Origin: a virus | Lineage: Duplodnaviria; Caudoviricetes | IMG/VR virus record: IMGVR_UViG_3300021962_000117 | Coordinates: 1-59,596 of that record | Reading direction: 5' to 3' (one strand) | Length of the DNA: 59,596 nucleotides | Shown: piece by piece, positions 24,294 through 35,521 of the stretch | How positions within the stretch are numbered: position 1 is the stretch's first letter | Layout: each line of letters begins with the position of its first letter | Notes under the pieces: model-generated | Told to the model about the DNA's origin: nothing | Databases searched by the model: none | What the model saw: the letters and a program-made list of their open reading frames with translations, nothing else | Program-made: the position numbers and the translations under genes

Positions 24294-27200
24294 ATGTTGC
24301 CAATCATTCTTAGAGGAGCTACGGCACTTAATAGAGCTAACACAGTAAGAAAAGCCTTAAGTGGTGGAAGTGGCGGGGGAAATAGAAATATTGGAGGAAC
24401 TGGAGGAACTGGAAGTAGAAATCAGACCAGTTCTATGACGGTTCGTCCCAAAACATCATTGATTCCATCATCAAACATATCCATCAATTTTTCCTCTGGT
24501 TCTGGAGGTTCTAGAACTAGTAATGCTAAAACAAATGGTCTTGAAAAAAATGTTAGATTGATTAAAATAACCGTAATCTCCATTGATAGAATTATTAAAT
24601 CAAATTTTATTTTGGAGCAGCAGGCAGAAAAAAGTAGAATACGAAGAGAAGAAGTTCTTCAAAGAAATAAAAGAGAATCTGATTTAGAAAGTAAGAAAAA
24701 ATCAGTTGATCTGACAGGAAATAAAGAGAGAAAAGTAAGAGTTCCTGGTCAAGGATTACTTGGTGGAATACTTGACTTTTTTGTTAACATGTTTTTGGGT
24801 TGGGCAACTTTAAAACTTCTTAAACATATTCCAACCATCACAAAAATATTAAAACCCTTAGCTTCGGCAGTTGATTTCTTTATAGATTTTTCTGGAAAAA
24901 TATTGAATGGATTGGTAACTTTTATTGACTGGGGAGTAAAACTTTATGATTGGTCACGATCTGGAGTTGGTAAAATCTTTGGCGATAATGGACTAAAAGT
25001 TTTTGATGGATTTATAAACACTATAACTACTGTAATGAATTTGGCGATTCTTGCTATGATGGCAGGAATCAATCCTCTCGATCCTTTTGGTAGAGGAAAA
25101 TCCAAAGGTGGACCTAAACCTAGACCAGGAAGAGGCGGCAGACCAAAAGTAACGACTAGTGGTGGAGGCGGTGCTGGTAGACCAAACATAAGAAATCCAC
25201 TTAGAAACAGACCAACTGTAACTCAAGGCGGTAAACAAGGAGGATTTAGATTTCCTGGTACTGGTCCTAAAGTAACTGGAGGATCTCAGCAATTACCAAA
25301 AGTTCCAAAAGGAATAAAAAATCTAAAAGGATTAAAGTCTAGTGGTCTTCTTGGATTGCTGTTACTTATTCCAACCATGTTTGAAGTTGGTGGATTGTTT
25401 CAGCAAGGTTATCGCAAAACTGCAATAAACGTAATAATTTCCACTCTTGCTGGAATTTCTGCTGGTAGTGCAGCTGCATCTGCGGTTGTTGCTGGTGCTG
25501 GTGCATTAGGTCTTACTGGAATTGGAATTCCTGCTGCTATTGCTCTTGCTCTCAGTAGTCTTGTTGCTGGTGGAGTTGCTGGATGGGCTGCATATGAAGC
25601 ATCATATAATACGTTAAAAGCATTTGGATTGCGTGATGATGATCCAGAACTTAAAAAGCAAGGATATTCTTCAGGTGGAGAAGTTGGAAAATCCAAGAAA
25701 AAACAATCGAAGAAAGATATTTCATATGTAGAACCAAGATATAAACCAGTAGAATTTGATGCGAAGAATAATGAGTTTTTTGGTGGAGTAGAATATAAAT
25801 TAGAAAATGGAGTAATGACAAAGGTCGATGCTCCAGAACAACAGCAAAAGACATCAAAACATCTTAAAGATTCTATACGCGAATATGGATCAACTGATTA
25901 TCTTGGTCCAATGTTCAACTTATACTCAAAGTCTTTGTTGGGCAAAAAACCTACCGAATATGATTATAGAGAAGCTGGGCAGGGCGTAAATGCTTGGTTT
26001 GCAAATGCATTGAATAGTGGAGATTTATCTTTAGCAGATATTCTTGTCAAAAAACAGTTTGACTTGACTACATGGTCAACTTCATCTTTAAAAGATATTG
26101 TTGGGGGTTCATCAAAAAGAACTGCCTCTTCTTATAGCGAAAGACAAAGAATGTTTTCTACTATTACTGGTGAAGCTTCACCTTTTATGGGTGGAGCTGT
26201 TACTGGTGGAGGAACATATTCTGGATCTGCCACTGGAGCAGGAATTTTAAGAAATGATCCAGCTTTCGTTCAGGCTGTAAACGAACTTGCAGTGAGACTT
26301 GGAGTAAATCCTGCAGAAATGCTTGGATTCATGGAGATTGAGACAGCAGGAACATTCAGTCCATCAATAGATAATGGTTTGGGGTATGTAGGATTAATAC
26401 AATTTGGACCAGAAGCTAGACAAGATTTAGGAGTAACTAAAGAACAACTCCAATCTATGTCAAGAATAGAGCAATTGAAGTGGGTAGAAAAATACTTTAT
26501 GAATGTCAATAAAATGGCTGGCAAATCAGTGTTTAGACCTGGAGGAGGAGCCAAAGCATCTGATTTATATACGGCAGTATTCTTACCGGCGTATGTTGGT
26601 GCTGATGATAGCACTGTTTTCCCACAATGGGCTTGGGCAGGAAATCCAGCTCTGAGAGATAGTTCGAGACCAGGAAGTCCAATCTGGAAAGGACATATTG
26701 GAAAACTTGTTCAACAAAGAGCGCAAAAATATGGAGCAAGTGGAATAACATTTACACCAACAGAAATGACTGCTGGTGGGGTAACTCCATATGGAGGAGT
26801 GGATTTATCTGGTGTTCAACAAGGAAATCCAGCAGAAGCAGCTAAGAGATTGCTTGCAGATTTTCCTCAGATCAAATCAAGAGGAAATAATTCACAAATT
26901 TTTGCAGCTGGTCTTGGGTATTGGTTGAAAAAGAATTTTGTTCCTCCAGCTAAAGATGCTCATCGTGCAGGTAGAGGAGATCTTGGAGATCCTGCCGGTG
27001 GAGATATGGAACATCCTGATCATGGAGGAGTTGTTGCATCTCATAGAGGAAAAGGTCATTATCAAGGAAAAGCACTTGATCTTGGCGGTATGGGAGCAGG
27101 TGCAGGAGGAGCTTATGCTGGCGATCAAAAATATATGTGGCCTTATATTGCTAAATTTTTAAAAATATATGGTCTCGATAAAGAACCATATGTTCCTCAA

Positions 27201-27626
27201 GTTATTTTCTCACAAGGAGAAAATTTCTCACCTAGAAAGATGGGAGTAATCGGACCTGATAGCGGACACAATGATCATATTCATATTGAGTTCCATAGAG
27301 GTGGATTTGTTCCTGGTCTTTCTGGACGTGAAATTGCATCTAAACTTTTACCTAAAGAATTTGTAGTTGACGTTGATTCGGCTAGAGCAATAGAAGAATC
27401 TTTCCCAGGATTGTTAATGGCAGTAAATCAAGCATCAAACAGGGAAGGAATTATAAAAGCAGTTTCGGAATACACATCAGTAAACTCTCCACAACTTCTC
27501 GTTTATAAAGAACAAGTTACAGACACCGTTTATCTTGATAAAGGTTCTTCATCAAGTATGTCTGAAGGATCAGCAACATCTAGCAATGTCGATTACTTTG
27601 GAATCCTTGATAGACTACCTGGTTAA
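24294..27626 (+). CDS. Large hub/tape-measure-like protein with lysozyme-like and peptidase-M15-like domains
   Basis: EMLGFMEIETAGTF...GYVGLIQFG (lytic transglycosylase-like); HRGKGHYQGKALD...HNDHIHIEF (Zn-peptidase-like). Confidence 0.72.
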   Translation: MLPIILRGATALNRANTVRKALSGGSGGGNRNIGGTGGTGSRNQTSSMTVRPKTSLIPSSNISINFSSGSGGSRTSNAKTNGLEKNVRLIKITVISIDRIIKSNFILEQQAEKSRIRREEVLQRNKRESDLESKKKSVDLTGNKERKVRVPGQGLLGGILDFFVNMFLGWATLKLLKHIPTITKILKPLASAVDFFIDFSGKILNGLVTFIDWGVKLYDWSRSGVGKIFGDNGLKVFDGFINTITTVMNLAILAMMAGINPLDPFGRGKSKGGPKPRPGRGGRPKVTTSGGGGAGRPNIRNPLRNRPTVTQGGKQGGFRFPGTGPKVTGGSQQLPKVPKGIKNLKGLKSSGLLGLLLLIPTMFEVGGLFQQGYRKTAINVIISTLAGISAGSAAASAVVAGAGALGLTGIGIPAAIALALSSLVAGGVAGWAAYEASYNTLKAFGLRDDDPELKKQGYSSGGEVGKSKKKQSKKDISYVEPRYKPVEFDAKNNEFFGGVEYKLENGVMTKVDAPEQQQKTSKHLKDSIREYGSTDYLGPMFNLYSKSLLGKKPTEYDYREAGQGVNAWFANALNSGDLSLADILVKKQFDLTTWSTSSLKDIVGGSSKRTASSYSERQRMFSTITGEASPFMGGAVTGGGTYSGSATGAGILRNDPAFVQAVNELAVRLGVNPAEMLGFMEIETAGTFSPSIDNGLGYVGLIQFGPEARQDLGVTKEQLQSMSRIEQLKWVEKYFMNVNKMAGKSVFRPGGGAKASDLYTAVFLPAYVGADDSTVFPQWAWAGNPALRDSSRPGSPIWKGHIGKLVQQRAQKYGASGITFTPTEMTAGGVTPYGGVDLSGVQQGNPAEAAKRLLADFPQIKSRGNNSQIFAAGLGYWLKKNFVPPAKDAHRAGRGDLGDPAGGDMEHPDHGGVVASHRGKGHYQGKALDLGGMGAGAGGAYAGDQKYMWPYIAKFLKIYGLDKEPYVPQVIFSQGENFSPRKMGVIGPDSGHNDHIHIEFHRGGFVPGLSGREIASKLLPKEFVVDVDSARAIEESFPGLLMAVNQASNREGIIKAVSEYTSVNSPQLLVYKEQVTDTVYLDKGSSSSMSEGSATSSNVDYFGILDRLPG

Positions 27627-27648
27627 ATATAATTAAGAGGTAATAAGT

Positions 27649-28977
27649 ATGACTACTAAAATAGCAAACAAACAGTTAGAAGCATCTAATATTAAGAAAT
27701 GCGTAGTTTACTCAAATTCTGGTAGCGATAGCGTTGATATTACTGGCGGTATCGTGGATCTAAAATATTATGAAAGTCTTTTAACTAACAGCATTAAAGT
27801 TGAAATCGCTTTTGCTGATACTGGATATACAATTAATGAGACTTCACTCATAGAAGGACTTCCTCTTGTTGGTCAAGAAAAAGTTGAACTTGAGTTAGAA
27901 GATAATCTCGAACAAACTAAAAAATTAACTTTGTATGTCAATTCTGTAAATACATCGGCAAACAGAACAAACAAGTATATTGCGAATTTAGTATTGGTAT
28001 CAAAAGAATTCATGATGAATGAATATGTTAGAGTTAAAAAAAGATATAATGGAAAAATATCAGACTCAGTAACTAAAATAATAAAAGACGCATACCCATT
28101 TGGATTAGGAGCAAGTATAGATTCCAATCTTGTAGAACAGACATCAAACGTTTATAATTTTTTTGGAAATAATAGAAAACCATTCTGGATTTTAAATTGG
28201 TTAGCTAAAAAATCTATTCCTCAATCTGGTGGAGGAAGAGGGCAAACTGCAGGATACTTCTTTTTTGAAACGGATAAAGGTCTCAATTTCAAATCAATTG
28301 ATTCTTTGATGAAAGAAAAGCCAGTGTTGACATTGCTCTATAATGAAACTGCGGATGAAAAAGGAACTAAACTTCCCGCTTCTTATGATGGAAAAATTAT
28401 TAGATTGTCAGTGGTTACTTCAGCACCAGACGTAAAGAGAAGATTGAGATCGGGAGCATACAACACTAAAATTATAACTTGGAACCCCCTTACGTTTGAG
28501 TTTAAAACCACCTATCAAAAACTAGGTGATAGTATTGAAACTGGAGGAAAAGAATATCAAAGTACTAATAATAGAGAATTTCCAAACAATCAAAACGAAT
28601 CTTCTACTAGAACAATTTGGGTTTTAGAAGATCCAGGAGTTCTTCCTGATGGAGATGTAAAAACACAGTTATCAAAATCAGACCAGAAAAACTTAGAAGA
28701 GACAGATATTCTCAATCTTTCTGGGATGAGATATAATTCTTTATTCAACAGTGTTATTGCTATAAACATAGTTGGAAATTTGAAGGTGAATGTGGGACAA
28801 ACTATTTTTGTAGATTATCCGAAAAATGAAATGTCCAAAAATCCAGATGTCGCAAGTCAACATGGAGGAAAATATTTGATTCTTGATCTGTGTCATTCTT
28901 TTGAAGGTTCTTCTACAATTACAAGTTTAAATCTTGTCAGAGAATCGTCGAAGAGAGATCCTTCTAAGAAGGCTTGA
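27649..28977 (+). CDS. Baseplate hub protein (gp27-like)
   Basis: YYESL, LPLVGQE, FFFETDKGLNFKSIDSL, GGKYLI..LCH; located before gp5. Confidence 0.7.
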   Translation: MTTKIANKQLEASNIKKCVVYSNSGSDSVDITGGIVDLKYYESLLTNSIKVEIAFADTGYTINETSLIEGLPLVGQEKVELELEDNLEQTKKLTLYVNSVNTSANRTNKYIANLVLVSKEFMMNEYVRVKKRYNGKISDSVTKIIKDAYPFGLGASIDSNLVEQTSNVYNFFGNNRKPFWILNWLAKKSIPQSGGGRGQTAGYFFFETDKGLNFKSIDSLMKEKPVLTLLYNETADEKGTKLPASYDGKIIRLSVVTSAPDVKRRLRSGAYNTKIITWNPLTFEFKTTYQKLGDSIETGGKEYQSTNNREFPNNQNESSTRTIWVLEDPGVLPDGDVKTQLSKSDQKNLEETDILNLSGMRYNSLFNSVIAINIVGNLKVNVGQTIFVDYPKNEMSKNPDVASQHGGKYLILDLCHSFEGSSTITSLNLVRESSKRDPSKKA

Positions 28978-29032
28978 GAAAAAAAATATAATAAAGTATA
29001 ATAAATAGTCACTAGAAAATTCCAATTCAATT

Positions 29033-29245
29033 ATGGAAAGTATCGAAAAGCATATTGAGGCAGATAAGAAAATACTTGAAGATCCTACAGTTTCTCCTCA
29101 AATGAGACGCCACACTCAAGACGAACTGCAAGAACTGGAAGCATATGCAGAGCGTCATCCAGAAGATCATCATGACCCAACTTCCCTAGAGTTGTATTGT
29201 GATACGCATCCGGATGCTTTGGAGTGTAGAGTATACGACGACTGA
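29033..29245 (+). CDS. cp12: CP12 Calvin-cycle inhibitor (AMG)
   Basis: LELYCDTHPDALECRVYDD C-terminus; ATAAATA at 29001. Confidence 0.95.
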   Translation: MESIEKHIEADKKILEDPTVSPQMRRHTQDELQELEAYAERHPEDHHDPTSLELYCDTHPDALECRVYDD

Positions 29246-31734
29246 TGGTAGAAGAAAGTTCTCTATTTAATCCTTACTTTTTAGGATCCTCCTTTAAATG
29301 GTGGGTAGCACAAATACCCGAAGATGGTACTTGGCGAGAAAATATATCACCACAATCTCACGAGGGAACTTCAACTCAAAAAGGTTGGGGATATCGATAC
29401 AAAGTAAGGATACTTGGTGTTCACGACAAGGATGAAGAGATAGTCAAATCTGAAGATCTCCCTTGGGCACAAGTAATGTATCCCGTTACTGCTGGTAGCG
29501 GTGGTGCTGGGGCAATGCAAAGTCCAAATATACGACAGGGAATGTTCGTAGTTGGATTTTGGATTGATGATCAGGACATGGAATATCCAATGATTATGGG
29601 TGTCCTTGGAAATAATAATCAGAACACAAAAAAGAACAGCAAAACAATATCTACTTCAGAATCTAATTTTGGTCCTGTTAGTGGATATGCAAAAGGAAAA
29701 AATCCAGACCCAAATGTTAGAGTCTCTGATGATCAACTAAAAACTGATGCACAAAGTTTTAAAGAAGATGTATCGGATATTCATGAAATAGTTTCAGCAA
29801 GCACTAAAAAACATAATCTCTATACAGGATATTCTATTCCTTTATCGTCTCCATTAAAAAAAGATAATACCGATATGTCATCGGTTTCTAAGATTATTGA
29901 TAATATCATTAACATTATTAATGATATTCAACATGCTATGGCAAGTCCTATAGATGCAGTAAGTAAGCACACTGATTGGGACATACCAAAAATTTTGAAG
30001 GATGCAACAAAACAAATTGGTGGATTCATAAAAAGTATTATTCAAGGCGTTCGCTCATTTGTAACAAAAACTTTCTCCAAAGGATTTTCAAAAACAGTTG
30101 AGAATGTTTTTCCTAATGATAGAGCGAAATTATTTGGTGTAAAATATGAAGCCTTTAAAGCAATGTCAGCGTCTTTCACTAAGATAATAGGAATGCTTCC
30201 TGATCTTATTGGAAAGTTTATGCAAGCATCTTTTGGAAAGTATTCTTCAACTCCTTCATCAGAAAGCAATATGATTTCTCCTCTTGGTAGAGATCCTCTC
30301 TCTGGTGTTCTTGAAGGAATTTCTGTCGGATCTATTGTTATCGATGGTTTAGGAAATATAATTGATGGTGCGTTAGAGAATGGAACTAAAATCGTAGGCG
30401 GAAATGTAGTCGTTCAAGAAAACTTAAATAATAGTTCAAGATATAATGCATCTATCGTCTGCAATGGAAATAATATTGTTTCCGGAAAAATAGAAGGAAA
30501 TAATAATAGTTCTGATGGCATTAAAATAACTGGAGGTTTTATTGTTGTTAGAAACAATGAAATACTGACAGCACCAGAGGTAGCTAGTAGACCACTTTCA
30601 GAACGTCCTGTAGAAAGATATGAAAGAAGAAAACAAACTAGAAAAAACAGACCAATTTGTTCTACAGAAGCTTTGGTAGGAAATATTCTAGGAACAGTTC
30701 TTCCAGAAATTACTTCTTCAACTCAAATTGCAGTTAAGGGCGTAGAATCTTTCATGATAGATTACTATGGCGATATTGCCATTCTTCCAAATGGATTAGA
30801 AACACTAAGTAAATCTGGGGTAGATCCTAGCATCTTTAAACCACAAGATCCTTTTGAAGGATACACAACCGCAACATCAGCGATATCCAATCAAACTCAA
30901 GGATCTGGAAATCAACCTGTACGGGTTTTGACTTCTATTAACGATAAAGTTCAAATAGGAAAAGATATTATCAATCGCACATATTCTGCGATTGAAACTT
31001 CTATTGGTGGCAATATTCCTGTCAACGAATTGGTCCGTCTTACTGGCGTAAATCCAACTATCTTAAATGCAGCTAACACTGTAATAAGCAAAGATGCTGA
31101 TGATGTTACGGTTGCTGGTGCAGCACTTCAAATCGCAATGGAAGCAGGAAATTTTGGCATCGATCCTGCTATTGCTGCCGCTGCTGTAAGTGGAGATTTT
31201 GAATCTCTTGCCAATCTAGGAGCACAATCATTACTAAACTTGAGTCCAGAAGTATCTTCGACAATAGGAGCAGCGCAGGGTATTCTGGAACAAGTTAAAG
31301 GATTGTTAGGGTCTTTTGGCGGGACCTTGGCAGAAGCCACTAAGTTTGTCAATACAGTAATAGACTTCTTTTCCTTTGAAGAAAAACCAGAAAGTCCACA
31401 AGGAACTTCATATAGATTCCATGATGGTACAGAAGGAGTTGGTCAGTCTGACATTGCAAACATGTTTAATGTTCAAGAAGCAGCAGCACTTACTCAAGGC
31501 ATAGAAATAGCGTTAGACGAAAATCCATTTGCTTCACCATCTCAAAGTGGATTATTTAATCCCTCTACAGGTTTAATCATGCAAGATTATGCTGGGATAA
31601 CTTATGATGGATCTTTCATCGAATCTTTAAAAACATCAAACGCACCTATATCTGTTACTGATGTTCCATATCCAAGTAATAAAAATACCGCACCTGTTAG
31701 TAAAGATGATAAAAATTCCACAAAACTTTTCTGA
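29245..31734 (+). CDS. gp5: gp5-like baseplate hub protein (N-terminal OB fold)
   Basis: RYKVRILGVH...DLPWAQVM...VVGFWID...PMIMGVL. Confidence 0.82.
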   Translation: MVEESSLFNPYFLGSSFKWWVAQIPEDGTWRENISPQSHEGTSTQKGWGYRYKVRILGVHDKDEEIVKSEDLPWAQVMYPVTAGSGGAGAMQSPNIRQGMFVVGFWIDDQDMEYPMIMGVLGNNNQNTKKNSKTISTSESNFGPVSGYAKGKNPDPNVRVSDDQLKTDAQSFKEDVSDIHEIVSASTKKHNLYTGYSIPLSSPLKKDNTDMSSVSKIIDNIINIINDIQHAMASPIDAVSKHTDWDIPKILKDATKQIGGFIKSIIQGVRSFVTKTFSKGFSKTVENVFPNDRAKLFGVKYEAFKAMSASFTKIIGMLPDLIGKFMQASFGKYSSTPSSESNMISPLGRDPLSGVLEGISVGSIVIDGLGNIIDGALENGTKIVGGNVVVQENLNNSSRYNASIVCNGNNIVSGKIEGNNNSSDGIKITGGFIVVRNNEILTAPEVASRPLSERPVERYERRKQTRKNRPICSTEALVGNILGTVLPEITSSTQIAVKGVESFMIDYYGDIAILPNGLETLSKSGVDPSIFKPQDPFEGYTTATSAISNQTQGSGNQPVRVLTSINDKVQIGKDIINRTYSAIETSIGGNIPVNELVRLTGVNPTILNAANTVISKDADDVTVAGAALQIAMEAGNFGIDPAIAAAAVSGDFESLANLGAQSLLNLSPEVSSTIGAAQGILEQVKGLLGSFGGTLAEATKFVNTVIDFFSFEEKPESPQGTSYRFHDGTEGVGQSDIANMFNVQEAAALTQGIEIALDENPFASPSQSGLFNPSTGLIMQDYAGITYDGSFIESLKTSNAPISVTDVPYPSNKNTAPVSKDDKNSTKLF

Positions 31735-31772
31735 TAAATATCAGAAAAGAGAATTATATTCTTTCTTAATCA

Positions 31773-34700
31773 ATGTCTAGTAGATTTAACTTGCTCAATT
31801 CTTTGGGTGGAGACAACAACCTAATAAGAGTCTCTAGAGTTGATGAGAAAAAAGGCATCATCTCAGATTTGACTGTAGAGCAGGCTAATCTCTGGTCATA
31901 TTCAAATCCAGGAGAAACTTACATCTTTATAGATGGTGATAATAATATTCATTATCTAGGAATAAATGAAGTCAATAAATTAAAAAATAAAAATTTAAAA
32001 CGAACTATCAAGTGCGATACTGGTGTAAAAGAGTGCGGTCCTCCAACAATTAAAATTTTTGGAGGAGGTGGAATTGGTGCGGTGGGAAATCCTATCATTA
32101 GTTCAACAGGAGCAATTTTAGCCGTTGATGTTGTTCATGGTGGATATGGATACAAATCGACCCCAAAAGCAATAGTACAAGATTTATGTGAACTTGGTGG
32201 AGGAGCAACTCTTCAGGTAACCCTTGGAGAGCAACCTATTTTTGAGGAGTATTTTGATGAAACGGAAGAAATATCTTTTCCAGAAATAGATGAAAACATA
32301 GTAACTCCTGGAAACAGTCCGAATTTTGATGCAAACGGAAAAGAAATAGGAACAGAGTTCAACCCAAGAAAATATTTTGCCGGATCTGATTCGATAGAAG
32401 CTGAAGAAGCAAAAGCAGGAGAATTATTTGATCCCATTCAGGAACAAATTGCGGCATATGAAAAATTAGTAAGATCAATTAAAAATCCTTGGTGGACAAC
32501 TAGAAGTGGTCAACCAGGGAAAGTCTCTATGAATGGAGAAACACTTTCTCAAGTTTTTCCTGTGATTATGCCTCCAGATTTGAGAAAGGCTTTTGAAGAG
32601 AATGGATCTACACCATGGGATTATTTCTTAGATCAGTATGGAATTTCTCCTACTCCACCTTCAGATATTCCTGGAAGTGATTTTTCAGGAAGATTATTTT
32701 CTCACGAATACTACATATATTTCCCCCTTGATGGTGATTATATTTTTAAAGGAATGTGTGATAATGAAGGTTTGGTTTACTTTGACTCTGAAAAAATTAT
32801 GGACGTTACCGGATTCGGTAAATTAAAAACCATAAAGAAAAACATCAAAAAAGGAATACATAAACTCAGATTAGATCTTTTAAATGTTCCTATATTTGAA
32901 ACAAATAGTATTAGAGATATAACAATTTTCGATACAGTTAAGTATATCGATAAAGCAGATAGAAAATTATATAGAGTTGATCCCACAAGTCGAGGAACAA
33001 AAAGTGCTAGTTTTATTTCTCAATATGGAGTAAGTCCATTTAGTTTCAGTACCCAAGAAGCACAAGAAAATAGTTTTGCCGGAACTCATGTTATCCGTTG
33101 GGAGTATATAGATTTTCCTGTGGATGGGGAATATGATGTAACTGTAGATTCTGATGATGATGTAACACTTTTTATTGGAAATCGTGAAGGAGGTGGAGCT
33201 AAAGAGATTGGAAATGGTCTAAGAGATGTTCGTCAAGGTGGAGATGAAACAATCATCAAGTATACTGGGTTCAGCTCTCCAGGTGTTCCGTATCCACCAG
33301 CAACTCAAACAATTTCATTGAAGAAGGGAAAATATAGAATTCGTGCTGAATTGACGCAAATTGATGTTGGACCATTGGGTAAAGGGAATCCAATGGCTCT
33401 TGCTATCGATATTAAATCCAAAAAGATAGAAAAAACTATTATATCTGCAAAGTCTTGGAATCAAAATCCAATGGCGATTGCTTTAGCTATTCAAGCTCCA
33501 GAACCCGGACCTCCTCCAATAGAAAATATTAAAAAAGAAGGAAGATGTAAAGACAATCCAATTTGGTCAACTAGACATCCTGGAGCATCTCAACAGTGGT
33601 ATCCTGTAGAAATTGCCAAAGACAAAGGAGGGAATCCTTATCTGAATCGTTATACTATGTCTCCAGTTCCTCCATTAGATACTCCTAACAGTGATGGATC
33701 TGGAATCGTATGGAGAAATGATTGGATTGTTGATATTCCTTACGCAGGAAAATATAGAGTTGATGGTGCAAGAAGACAAACTGCAAGAGTTTTAATTGAC
33801 GACAAAGTAGTAACTGGACTCACTGGACCATATGGGGGACCAGCATTGGAGTGGGTGCAGAAAAACTTTGCTGGATGGGATGATCCAAAAACAAACAATA
33901 GTCGCGTTGGAAGAAAATCTACTTTTGTCGATCTAGAGAAAGGACAGCATAAAATATCAGTAGAACTTGTAAATGTTCCTCAAGTTCAACAAGTTCTAAT
34001 TCATGAAGAAATTTTTGGAGCGCATTATTGGATCGGGAATGTTACTCCAAAGGCTAAGACTGTAGAAACTAAACGTGAAGAATGGGTTGTTGTTGATGAT
34101 GTTTTCATACCTCCCATTATCAGAGGAGGAAGAGGTGGTGATGGAAGTATCACAATAAAAAGTGATACAACGTTCCATCAATATCAAGAAGGAACTTATT
34201 ACAAGGGTAAGAGAATAAGAAATTTGGGAGATTGGAATGACACAAATCCAAACACAAATTATATTGAATGGGATAAAGATACTAGACTGACATTAGGTTC
34301 TTATCATTCAGGAAGATTTGGTATTAAGGTTTGGCAGAAAAGAACTGTTGCCTCTCAAGAAGTTAAAATTACGACAGAACAAACAGCATACACTAGAGAA
34401 GGTGTAACATATAGCGGACCACAGTTGATGAAATTTAATCATCCAAGATGGTCAAGCTATTTCAATAAATTTTCAGTATCTCCTTATTTTCCAGATTTAG
34501 ATTCGGAGAATCCGGAAATTTTAAATGAATTTGTTTATACCTGGAGTAATGTAAAATTTCCAGAGTCTACTCAATATGAGTTTTCATTCCTTTCAGATAA
34601 TACTTCGGAAGTGTTTATTGATGGAGTAAAGGTTTTAAATGGAAATGGATTCAATCAAAATGGTGATGAATGGAGAAAGGTTAATATTACTGAAGGACTT

Positions 34701-35519
34701 CACACAATACAAGTAAAGGTAATTAATCTTCCAGGGGGAGGAACTAATGGAACTATCTTCAGAAATAATCCTACAGGTTTATTGCTTAGAATTCGTGTTC
34801 CTAGATTACTTGATGGTGATGGAGCATCATGGAAAGAAAATCCCATAGGGGTTTCTGCTGCTTTGGTTGCTCCACCATGTCCTAAACCTGGCGGAGGAGT
34901 TGGAATTGTAACTTCTATTATTCCAATTGATCCTGGAAATGGATATATTCCTGTTGCAGGAAACAATACTTATAATGTTGGATTAGAACTTCAAGAAATT
35001 ATTCCAGTAGATCCAGGAAGAGGATATGAACTTGGACCTATTGATGTTGAAGGACCAGCACAGGCAGAGATTTGTGAGATTGGACCTAATGGAGAAATAC
35101 TGAAAGTTTGCGTGTCTCCAGGATTGGGATATGTTGATTATCCCTCCATAACTGTTCCTGCAGAAAATCCAGGATATAATGCAGTTTTAGTTCCAGTATT
35201 TAAAGTTATCAGAGATCCAATCTTTATTGATCAAGATAAGTTGGTTCAAGTAACTGATCTTGCTGGACTAAAACAAACAGGTTACGTTTTTGGTCGTCCT
35301 TACTATGGTGCTGTCTTCTACAAAGATGGCACTCGTTATGCTGGATACTACGAGACAGCAGGAGAGTTTGTTCAAGTCTATGATACTCTCAAAGAAAGTA
35401 TCGATTCTCAAGTCACTACTGCTCCATCTGCAATTCAGAGACAAGGTACAGATATTAGTTCTAATGATCCTAGACTAAATATTCCAAATACCCCTTCCAA
35501 TGGCGTAAATTTTAATTAA
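31773..35519 (+). CDS. Large virion protein with several PA14-like domains
   Basis: Repeated FP.DG.Y.F...D/DN...IDG...KG.H.I.V units separated by SW..NP...A motifs; ATAAATA at 31734. Confidence 0.7.
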   Translation: MSSRFNLLNSLGGDNNLIRVSRVDEKKGIISDLTVEQANLWSYSNPGETYIFIDGDNNIHYLGINEVNKLKNKNLKRTIKCDTGVKECGPPTIKIFGGGGIGAVGNPIISSTGAILAVDVVHGGYGYKSTPKAIVQDLCELGGGATLQVTLGEQPIFEEYFDETEEISFPEIDENIVTPGNSPNFDANGKEIGTEFNPRKYFAGSDSIEAEEAKAGELFDPIQEQIAAYEKLVRSIKNPWWTTRSGQPGKVSMNGETLSQVFPVIMPPDLRKAFEENGSTPWDYFLDQYGISPTPPSDIPGSDFSGRLFSHEYYIYFPLDGDYIFKGMCDNEGLVYFDSEKIMDVTGFGKLKTIKKNIKKGIHKLRLDLLNVPIFETNSIRDITIFDTVKYIDKADRKLYRVDPTSRGTKSASFISQYGVSPFSFSTQEAQENSFAGTHVIRWEYIDFPVDGEYDVTVDSDDDVTLFIGNREGGGAKEIGNGLRDVRQGGDETIIKYTGFSSPGVPYPPATQTISLKKGKYRIRAELTQIDVGPLGKGNPMALAIDIKSKKIEKTIISAKSWNQNPMAIALAIQAPEPGPPPIENIKKEGRCKDNPIWSTRHPGASQQWYPVEIAKDKGGNPYLNRYTMSPVPPLDTPNSDGSGIVWRNDWIVDIPYAGKYRVDGARRQTARVLIDDKVVTGLTGPYGGPALEWVQKNFAGWDDPKTNNSRVGRKSTFVDLEKGQHKISVELVNVPQVQQVLIHEEIFGAHYWIGNVTPKAKTVETKREEWVVVDDVFIPPIIRGGRGGDGSITIKSDTTFHQYQEGTYYKGKRIRNLGDWNDTNPNTNYIEWDKDTRLTLGSYHSGRFGIKVWQKRTVASQEVKITTEQTAYTREGVTYSGPQLMKFNHPRWSSYFNKFSVSPYFPDLDSENPEILNEFVYTWSNVKFPESTQYEFSFLSDNTSEVFIDGVKVLNGNGFNQNGDEWRKVNITEGLHTIQVKVINLPGGGTNGTIFRNNPTGLLLRIRVPRLLDGDGASWKENPIGVSAALVAPPCPKPGGGVGIVTSIIPIDPGNGYIPVAGNNTYNVGLELQEIIPVDPGRGYELGPIDVEGPAQAEICEIGPNGEILKVCVSPGLGYVDYPSITVPAENPGYNAVLVPVFKVIRDPIFIDQDKLVQVTDLAGLKQTGYVFGRPYYGAVFYKDGTRYAGYYETAGEFVQVYDTLKESIDSQVTTAPSAIQRQGTDISSNDPRLNIPNTPSNGVNFN

Positions 35520-35521
35520 TT

